NCBI GenBank assembly: GCA_963746845.1 | Contig: CAVVCZ010000004.1 | Span: 1-64,000 of the forward strand | Source of the DNA: an uncultured Chloroflexia bacterium | GTDB lineage: Bacteria > Chloroflexota > Limnocylindria > Limnocylindrales > CSP1-4 | Reading direction: 5' to 3' | Length of the DNA stretch: 64,000 bases | In this document: positions 57,930-64,000 of the stretch, one piece after another | Position numbering within the stretch: position 1 is the stretch's first letter | Layout: the number at the start of each line of letters is the position of its first letter | Made by a program: the position numbers and the translations under genes | Notes under the pieces: model-generated | Database searches by the model: none | Seen by the model: only the letters and a program-made list of their open reading frames with translations | What the model was told of the DNA's origin: nothing

Positions 57930-58376
57930 TCAGTCCTCCAGGTGGTCGTGGACGCGGTCGATCGCGATCCGGAACGTGATCCGCGGGTAGGCGCGATACG
58001 AGGCCAGATCGTCCGGGTCGGGGCCGCCGGGGTGGTAGCGCCAGGCCAGGGCCTCGATGTCCGCGAGGGCCCGGGCCGGGTCGTCGTCGACGGCATCGAC
58101 GTGGCCCGTCAGCCCGACCCACGAGTAGCCGTCCGGCCCGAGGACCGCGAGCGAGACCCGGCCGTCGCGCCCGAGGTTGGCCGGCCAGAACCGGGTGACG
58201 CGGCTGTTGATGAGGATCCGGCCGTCCGACTCCAGCCCGTACCAGATCACGGCCTGGCGGGGCGCCCCGTTCGCGTCGGTCGTCGCGACGGCGGCGAACA
58301 GGGGTTGCTCGAGGAAGGCGCGGATCCGGTCGGTCAGGGCAGGGGAGGGCAGGGTCGGGCTCTGGGCAGGCTCCAT
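57930..58376 (-). CDS. PPOX-class F420-dependent protein
   Basis: ATT...G.P....IW, NL.RD.RVSL. Confidence 0.85.
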   Translation of the reverse strand: MEPAQSPTLPSPALTDRIRAFLEQPLFAAVATTDANGAPRQAVIWYGLESDGRILINSRVTRFWPANLGRDGRVSLAVLGPDGYSWVGLTGHVDAVDDDPARALADIEALAWRYHPGGPDPDDLASYRAYPRITFRIAIDRVHDHLED

Positions 58377-58437
58377 GACCCGATGGTACGCGAGCCGGCC
58401 GCGAGGGGCCGGGGAGGAGATGTCGCCGCGACGCTCC

Positions 58438-59646
58438 TCAGACGATCCGGTCGGCGACCTTGCGCGAGTGCGAGCGGGGATCCGCCTCGCGCACCCGCCG
58501 CCCGATGGCGTGGCGGGCGGCGTCCAGGCGGAGCGTCTCCATCGGCCGCGGCAGCTCCGGGACGATCTTCGGCTTGCCGATCAGGTAGCCCTGGCCGAGA
58601 TCGACGCCCAGCGCCGTCAGCACCGCGAGGTCGGCTCGCCGTTCGATGCCCTCGGCAAGGAGCAGCGCGCCGATCCGGCCGCCGAACGACACGAACGCCT
58701 CGACGAGCGCCTGCTTGGCGTCGTCGCGGGCGATCCCATACGCGATCTCGCGGTCGATCTTGATCACGGACGGGCGGAGCGCCGCGATGAGCGTGAAGCT
58801 CGCGTAGCCCGCGCCGGCGTCGTCGATCGCGAACCCGAACCCGAGCCGCCGGAGCGCCTTGACCTGCTTGACCAGCGGCCCCATGTCGGAGACGGCCTGC
58901 TGCTCCGTGCACTCGAGGGTGATGTGCTTCGGGCTGAGGGTGGCCTCCTTGACCATCTTCGCGAACGCCGACGCCTCGAACTGGGGGTCGAGGAGGCTGG
59001 CCGGGGTGAAGTTGATCGCGAGGTGCAGCGGCGGCTGGCCGGTCGTGCGGCGCTCGGCCTGGAGGGCGGCGACGCGCTCGAGGATCACCCGGACGATGAA
59101 CCCGTCGAGCTCGATCGTCCGGCCCGTGTCGATCGCGGCCTCGACGATGTTGCTGATCGACGTCTGGAGCCCCGGCATCTGCGGCCGGAACAGGCACTCG
59201 TACTCGACGAGGTCGCCCGTCTTCAGGTCGACGATCGGCTGGTAGGCGATCGCGTGGACGTTCCGCAGCGTGAAGAAGTAGTCGAGCATCTTCGTCTGGA
59301 CGACGTGGCTCGACTGGGCCATCCCGATCCGCTCGGCGAGGCCGGACTGCTGGACCGCGGAGGACAGCGCGACGAGATGGCGCTCGCCCTCGGGCAGGGT
59401 CGGGTCGAGGGTGACGAGGCCGTACGCCGGGGAGTGGTTCGCCGCGGCGACCTCCGCCGCGTACGCGTCGGTCAGCTCGTCGGCCGGGCCGATGACGACA
59501 ATGCCCGCGTCCAGCTCGTAGAAGCGGACGCCCGGAAGGTAGGCGACGAGGCGGTGTGCGAACCGCAGGTCGCGCGACCAGAGCAGGCGCTCCTCGCCGT
59601 CCCAGCGCTTCGAACCAACCAGGAACCGCACGGATCTCGACTCCAC
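58438..59646 (-). CDS. EAL-domain c-di-GMP phosphodiesterase
   Basis: YQPIV, ECLFR, DDAGAGY, IKID, EGIE, QGY. Confidence 0.9.
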   Translation of the reverse strand: MESRSVRFLVGSKRWDGEERLLWSRDLRFAHRLVAYLPGVRFYELDAGIVVIGPADELTDAYAAEVAAANHSPAYGLVTLDPTLPEGERHLVALSSAVQQSGLAERIGMAQSSHVVQTKMLDYFFTLRNVHAIAYQPIVDLKTGDLVEYECLFRPQMPGLQTSISNIVEAAIDTGRTIELDGFIVRVILERVAALQAERRTTGQPPLHLAINFTPASLLDPQFEASAFAKMVKEATLSPKHITLECTEQQAVSDMGPLVKQVKALRRLGFGFAIDDAGAGYASFTLIAALRPSVIKIDREIAYGIARDDAKQALVEAFVSFGGRIGALLLAEGIERRADLAVLTALGVDLGQGYLIGKPKIVPELPRPMETLRLDAARHAIGRRVREADPRSHSRKVADRIV

Positions 59647-59789
59647 TACCCACGGTCGCCGTCTGCGAGGCGCGCCTCACACCGGCCCCGTGGCATCGTA
59701 CGCGCCGCCTGCGAACAGGCGCACAGGACGACGGTCCCATGGGCGACCGGGACTTCGGTTCGGAGTGCGGCGCTTCGCGAGCCTCCGCC

Positions 59790-60479
59790 TCAGCCGAGGC
59801 GTTCGCCGGCGAGGACTTCCAGATCGAGTCGGTTCGACGGCGGCGCCAGCGGGCAGGCCCACTTCGGATCGAACGCGCAGGACGGCTGGAACGCGAAGTT
59901 GAAGTCGAGGACGAGGCTGTTCGGCAGGGCGCCTGGCCCGAGGTCGGCGCTCTTCGCCGCGTCCAGCAGGTAGCGCCCGGCTCCGTACGTCTCGCCGCCG
60001 TTCGTGGCGTCGCGGAACGGGAGGAAGAGGCCGCCGGCATAGCCCTCCATCCAGTACAGCTCGAGCCGGCGCGACCCCGATGGGAACGGGATCGTCACGG
60101 CACCGAACCGGCGGAACGCCATCGCGCCGCCGGCGCTGACCGGGAGGTCGATCGAGAGGCTCGACAGCCCGCCAAGCGCGCCGAGTCCGGGAGCCGGCGC
60201 CGACGGCGGATCCAGCGCCTCGACGACGGCCTCGAAGCGGAGGGCCGGGTCGTGGTCGAAGTAGTGGGCCTCGAAGGTCGCGCGCGCGACGGCCGGGACG
60301 GGCGACTGCGGGTGCTCGCGGTACAGCCGCTCGCGCGTCTCGCGCCAGTGGCGGAGGGCCGCGGCGACGTCGGTCGCGGCCAAGCGTCGGACGTCCGCGT
60401 ACAGCGCGGCCACGGTCCGTCGCCAGTCGGCGAGGGTCAGGGTCGCCTCGACGCCGAGTGTGCTGCCCTCGTCGGTCAC
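59790..60479 (-). CDS. DUF1684 protein
   Basis: PFRDATNG.ETYGAGRYL, DFNFA..P.CA....CPL.P. Confidence 0.9.
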   Translation of the reverse strand: MTDEGSTLGVEATLTLADWRRTVAALYADVRRLAATDVAAALRHWRETRERLYREHPQSPVPAVARATFEAHYFDHDPALRFEAVVEALDPPSAPAPGLGALGGLSSLSIDLPVSAGGAMAFRRFGAVTIPFPSGSRRLELYWMEGYAGGLFLPFRDATNGGETYGAGRYLLDAAKSADLGPGALPNSLVLDFNFAFQPSCAFDPKWACPLAPPSNRLDLEVLAGERLG

Positions 60480-60489
60480 GCCGGGAGGC

Positions 60490-60870
60490 TCAGCGGCGGC
60501 GACCCATCGCCCGCACGACGATCAAGCCGCCGACGACGATCAGGATCAACGGCCAGAGGGTGCCCCAGCGGAGCGACGGGAGCGTGATCCCGAGCGTGCG
60601 GTCGACGAAGTAGTACAGCCCGATCAGCAGGATCCCGAGCCCGACGAGGATCGCGATCAGGCTGGGTCCGCGGTCGCGCTGATGCTCCTGCGGTGGGTAC
60701 CACGCGGGCTCGCGCCAGTCGGTCGGCGTGCCCGGCGGGGGCGCGGCCTGGAGCGGGGGCCCGGCCGGAAGCGGCGGCGGAGCGGCCGTCGGGGGCGTCG
60801 AGAGGACGTTCGGCGTGGGTCCGGGCCCTGTCGTCGGGTGGGGCTGGGTGTCGTCGATCGGATCGCTCAT
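60490..60870 (-). CDS. Pro-rich small membrane protein (LiaI/LiaF-like TM pair)
   Basis: AGGGAGG RBS; LWPLILIVVG. Confidence 0.65.
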   Translation of the reverse strand: MSDPIDDTQPHPTTGPGPTPNVLSTPPTAAPPPLPAGPPLQAAPPPGTPTDWREPAWYPPQEHQRDRGPSLIAILVGLGILLIGLYYFVDRTLGITLPSLRWGTLWPLILIVVGGLIVVRAMGRRR

Positions 60871-60991
60871 CTCGGGCGCACCTCCCTGCGGCGACCATCG
60901 TAGACCGGGCCACGGCCGCGAGCCCGGCACGCCCGTCCGTCGCGGTCACCGTGCGACAATCCCGGCTCCAGCAGCGGGTGAGGAGGACAGC

Positions 60992-61843
60992 GTGGTCGCG
61001 GATTCGGCGGAGATCGGCGTCTTCGGGGGGTCGGGCTTCTACTCCCTCCTCGACGACGTCCGCGAGATCAAGGTGGACACGCCGTACGGCCCGCCGTCCG
61101 ATTCGTTCTTCCTCGCCAACGTCTCCGGTCGGAAGGTCGCGTTCCTGCCGCGGCACGGCCGTCGCCACACCATCCCGCCGCACAAGATCAACTACCGGGC
61201 GAACGTCTGGGCGATGCGCTCGCTCGGCGTCCAGGCCGTGATCTCGCCGTGCGCAGCCGGGTCGCTCCAGCGACACGTGGCGCCGGGCGACTTCGTCCTG
61301 TGCGACCAGTTCGTCGACCGGACCTACGGGCGCGAAGGCACCTTCTTCGACGGTCCGATCGTGACCCACGTCAGCTCGGCCGACATCTACGACCCCGTCC
61401 TGCGGGGCATCGCCGCCGACGTGATCCGCGAGCACGGGATCCCGTTCCACGAGACGGGCACGATCGTGATCATCAACGGCCCGCGCTTCTCGACGAGGTC
61501 GGAGTCGAAGTGGTTCAGCGACGCCGGCTGGGAGGTCATCTCGATGACCCAGTATCCCGAGGCGTACCTCTGCCGCGAGCTCGGGATGGCGGTCGTGAAC
61601 ATCGCCCTGATCACCGACTACGACGCCGGCGTCCTCGAGGGGACCGAGGCCGTCGACGCCCACTCCGTGACCGAGGTCTTCGCCCAGAACGCGGCGCGGA
61701 TCCAGGCGGTCGTGCTCGACATGATCGGGCGGTTCCCCGCGGACCTCGAGTCGCTCGGCGGAAAGAAGCTGCTGGAGTTCAGCCGGGGCGACGGCCACGT
61801 GATCTCGCCCGAGGACATCCGCCTGTTCGAGACGGGTCTCTAG
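60992..61843 (+). CDS. mtnP: S-methyl-5'-thioadenosine phosphorylase
   Basis: GGSG, FLPRHG..H..PPH.INYRAN, GPRFST..ES, MT..PE, TDYD. Confidence 0.93.
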   Translation: MVADSAEIGVFGGSGFYSLLDDVREIKVDTPYGPPSDSFFLANVSGRKVAFLPRHGRRHTIPPHKINYRANVWAMRSLGVQAVISPCAAGSLQRHVAPGDFVLCDQFVDRTYGREGTFFDGPIVTHVSSADIYDPVLRGIAADVIREHGIPFHETGTIVIINGPRFSTRSESKWFSDAGWEVISMTQYPEAYLCRELGMAVVNIALITDYDAGVLEGTEAVDAHSVTEVFAQNAARIQAVVLDMIGRFPADLESLGGKKLLEFSRGDGHVISPEDIRLFETGL

Positions 61844-61846
61844 GTC

Positions 61847-62698
61847 GTGCCGGACGCATCATCGAACCGGCTGCCGATCGGGGTCACGATCCGGACGATC
61901 CGCGCCGATCCTCGCTGGTGGCTCGAGAGCGCGAAGCGGCTCGACGCCGCGGGCTACCAGGGCGTCTGGGCGTGGGACCACTTCGTCGGCCAGGGCGACC
62001 GGACGGTGCCCGTCGTCGAGGGCTGGACGATCCTGTCGATGGCCGCGGCGGCGACGGAGCGCATCACGGTCGGCCCGTTCGTGCTCAACGTCACGAACCG
62101 CCACCCGGCGGTGCTCGCGCGGATGGCCTCGACCCTCCAGATCGCGAGCGGCGGCCGGCTCGTCCTCGGGATCGGGATCGGCGGCGCGCCGAAGGAGCAC
62201 GCGGCCTACGGGATCGACTTCCCCGAGGCGCCGGAGCGGGTCGCGCGGCTGGAGGAGGCGGTCGCGGTGATCCGCGCGCTGTGGACGGGCGGACCGGTGA
62301 CGCGGCCTTCGCCGTACTACCCGCTGGTCGACGCCCACGCCTTCCCGATCCCGACGCCGCCCCCGCCGATCATCATCGGCGGCGAGACCCCGGCCGGAGC
62401 GCGGCTGGCCGCGCGGATCGGCGACGGCTGGAGCACGTTCGAGGACAACTTCGAGCGGAACCTGCCGCTGTACCTCGAGGCACTGGACGCGGCGGGGCGC
62501 CGACGCGAGGACCAGACCATCTTCGCGGGCTTCCAGGGCGACTGGCTCGGCGACGCCGACGTCGGCGAGAGCGAGTGGTGTCGGGAGCCGCGCGCGGCCT
62601 GGGAGCGCTGGCACGAGATCGGCGCCGACGGCGCGATCGTCCTCGCCCGTACGACGTCCGATGTCGACGCGCTCGTGGAGGCGGTCGCGCGCTGGTAG
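61847..62698 (+). CDS. LLM-class flavin/F420 oxidoreductase
   Basis: WAWDHF, NRHPAVLARMA, LGIGIG. Confidence 0.88.
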   Translation: MPDASSNRLPIGVTIRTIRADPRWWLESAKRLDAAGYQGVWAWDHFVGQGDRTVPVVEGWTILSMAAAATERITVGPFVLNVTNRHPAVLARMASTLQIASGGRLVLGIGIGGAPKEHAAYGIDFPEAPERVARLEEAVAVIRALWTGGPVTRPSPYYPLVDAHAFPIPTPPPPIIIGGETPAGARLAARIGDGWSTFEDNFERNLPLYLEALDAAGRRREDQTIFAGFQGDWLGDADVGESEWCREPRAAWERWHEIGADGAIVLARTTSDVDALVEAVARW

Positions 62699-62705
62699 CG
62701 TCGGT

Positions 62706-63128
62706 TCAGTCGTTCGCGGATGCCGTGCGGTCGAGCTCTCGCGCGATGACCACGACGGCGAGGGTCAGACCCGCGACCAGCAGCCCGAGCAGGGCGAACG
62801 GACCCTGGTTGAGCGACAGGACCGTGACGGCCAGGATCCCGGCGATCACGCTCCCGGCCGCGAGGGCCGCCACGGCGGCGCCCGGTCGTCGGATCGCCAC
62901 GATGGCGCAGGCGAGCTCGGCGATCCCGCAGCCCAGCACGACGATCACGAGCCACAGGAGCACGACCGACAGGGCCTGCGCCATGCCGCCGTCGTCCTGC
63001 GAGTCGAACACGAGGAACAGACCCCAGGCGCCGAGCGCGATCGCCGCGATCGCCTGGGCAGCGACGAGCACGATGGCCGCCGTTCGGGCCGCGCGGGCCT
63101 CGAGCGACCGGGTCGGTGCCGTCATCAC
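62706..63128 (-). CDS. Small 4-TM membrane protein
   Basis: Hydrophobic helices. Confidence 0.65.
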   Translation of the reverse strand: MMTAPTRSLEARAARTAAIVLVAAQAIAAIALGAWGLFLVFDSQDDGGMAQALSVVLLWLVIVVLGCGIAELACAIVAIRRPGAAVAALAAGSVIAGILAVTVLSLNQGPFALLGLLVAGLTLAVVVIARELDRTASAND

Positions 63129-63209
63129 CGCATCATGGGTGGGCGCGATCCCGAGCCGGTGTCACCCCGCCGACAGCCGGCCTCATTCGGTGGCACCATC
63201 AAGCCACCG

Positions 63210-63692
63210 ATGACGACGCCCTCGACGACCACGGCAACGCCTCCCGGCATGACCCATCCCTGTGCCCGCTGCGGTGCTCCCGTCGCCCTCGACGTGGGGC
63301 TGTGCGACCGGTGCAACCCGTTGGGACTCAAGGATTCCGCCAGCTCGCAGGTCCATGGCACGGTGTTCCTCGGGGTCGGGCTCGCGGTCGTCGTTCTCGC
63401 GATCGCGGCCCACATCGCCGTCGCCGGGATCGGGCCGTTCGCCGCATCGGTCACCGCAATGCGGGCCGGCTCGACCCCGACGGCCGTCGTCGCGACCCTG
63501 TCGGTGACGAACCAGGGCACGGCGACCGGATCGGCGACGTGCCGGCTGACCGACCCGATCGACCGCGGGATCGACCACTCCGATGTCGTCTACAGCCCGC
63601 GGATCGCGCCGGGCGCCACGGTGAGCTTCGAGCACGAGGCGTCGTTCGGGAGCGTGGATCGGCCGTTCGACGTCACCTGCACCGGCCCGTGA
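63210..63692 (+). CDS. Zinc-ribbon + TM + extracellular beta domain protein
   Basis: CARC...CDRC, TM helix, Cys-containing C-terminus. Confidence 0.7.
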   Translation: MTTPSTTTATPPGMTHPCARCGAPVALDVGLCDRCNPLGLKDSASSQVHGTVFLGVGLAVVVLAIAAHIAVAGIGPFAASVTAMRAGSTPTAVVATLSVTNQGTATGSATCRLTDPIDRGIDHSDVVYSPRIAPGATVSFEHEASFGSVDRPFDVTCTGP

Positions 63693-64000
63693 CCGAGCCC
63701 GCGCGCGTCCTTCCGCCCGCGCCGGACGATTCCGCGTGGTCGGCCGAGCTCGCGTTCGCCGTCGACATCGCCCGGTCGGCCGGCCGGATCCTGATGGACC
63801 GCTACGAACGCCTCGAGCGCGTCACGTACAAGAGCGCCCGCGACGTGGTCACCGAGGCCGATCACCTGTCCGAGGAGCTGGTGATCCGGGCGATCCGCGA
63901 GCGGTTCCCGGGCGACGCGATCCTCGCCGAGGAGTCCGGGGCGCACCGTGGCGGAGGCGGCGCCCCCGACGTCCACGTCGCGGGGCGGTCGTGGGTGATC
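63689..64000 (+). CDS. Inositol monophosphatase family (partial, runs off window)
   Basis: GTGA overlap; DVVTEADHLSEE, FPGDAILAEE, WVI(DP). Confidence 0.88.
   Translation, partial: MTEPARVLPPAPDDSAWSAELAFAVDIARSAGRILMDRYERLERVTYKSARDVVTEADHLSEELVIRAIRERFPGDAILAEESGAHRGGGGAPDVHVAGRSWVI

Noticed and set aside
55976-58096. Apparent 706-aa LLM-GNAT fusion in the ORF track
   Set aside because: One extra G near 56961 explains it. Removing it restores the canonical FGRDVLPKLTA* end and a separate GNAT gene.
1-64000. CRISPR array, tRNA/rRNA, transposase
   Set aside because: No regularly spaced repeat-spacer array, RNA gene signature or transposase motif was seen.

Overview
High-GC bacterial window with F420 metabolism and many apparently leaderless genes. 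The overall make-up suggests Chloroflexota or Actinomycetota, but that is inference only. It has four parts. (1) About 0.1-13 kb is an accessory/defence-like stretch: a truncated MazF/PemK-type TA remnant, a TIR-TPR protein, an unannotated RelBE-like pair, an AAA-DUF4143 ATPase, VapBC, a macro domain, and a convergent gene pair (Bell-like helical protein plus FHA-membrane protein) sharing an 18-aa amyloid-like motif. (2) 13-20 kb holds ordinary regulators and transporters. (3) 20.3-45.3 kb is a complete extracellular contractile injection system (eCIS; Afp/PVC-like) with its own regulators and a 1766-aa DUF4157-type cargo ending in a compositionally distinct putative nuclease tip. (4) 45-64 kb is core-like: cofE/cofC/cofD, F420-dependent LLM and PPOX enzymes, a LysE gene under a leader-peptide attenuator, an EAL protein, MTA phosphorylase and an IMPase. 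Two families of dispersed ~125-150 bp repeats lie between convergent genes. Five single-base-insertion frameshifts look like assembly errors. The best candidates for a new system are the FHA/Bell-like amyloid-signalling pair, the Gln-codon leaderless attenuator, and the eCIS cargo. All family assignments come from motif recognition, not database searches.
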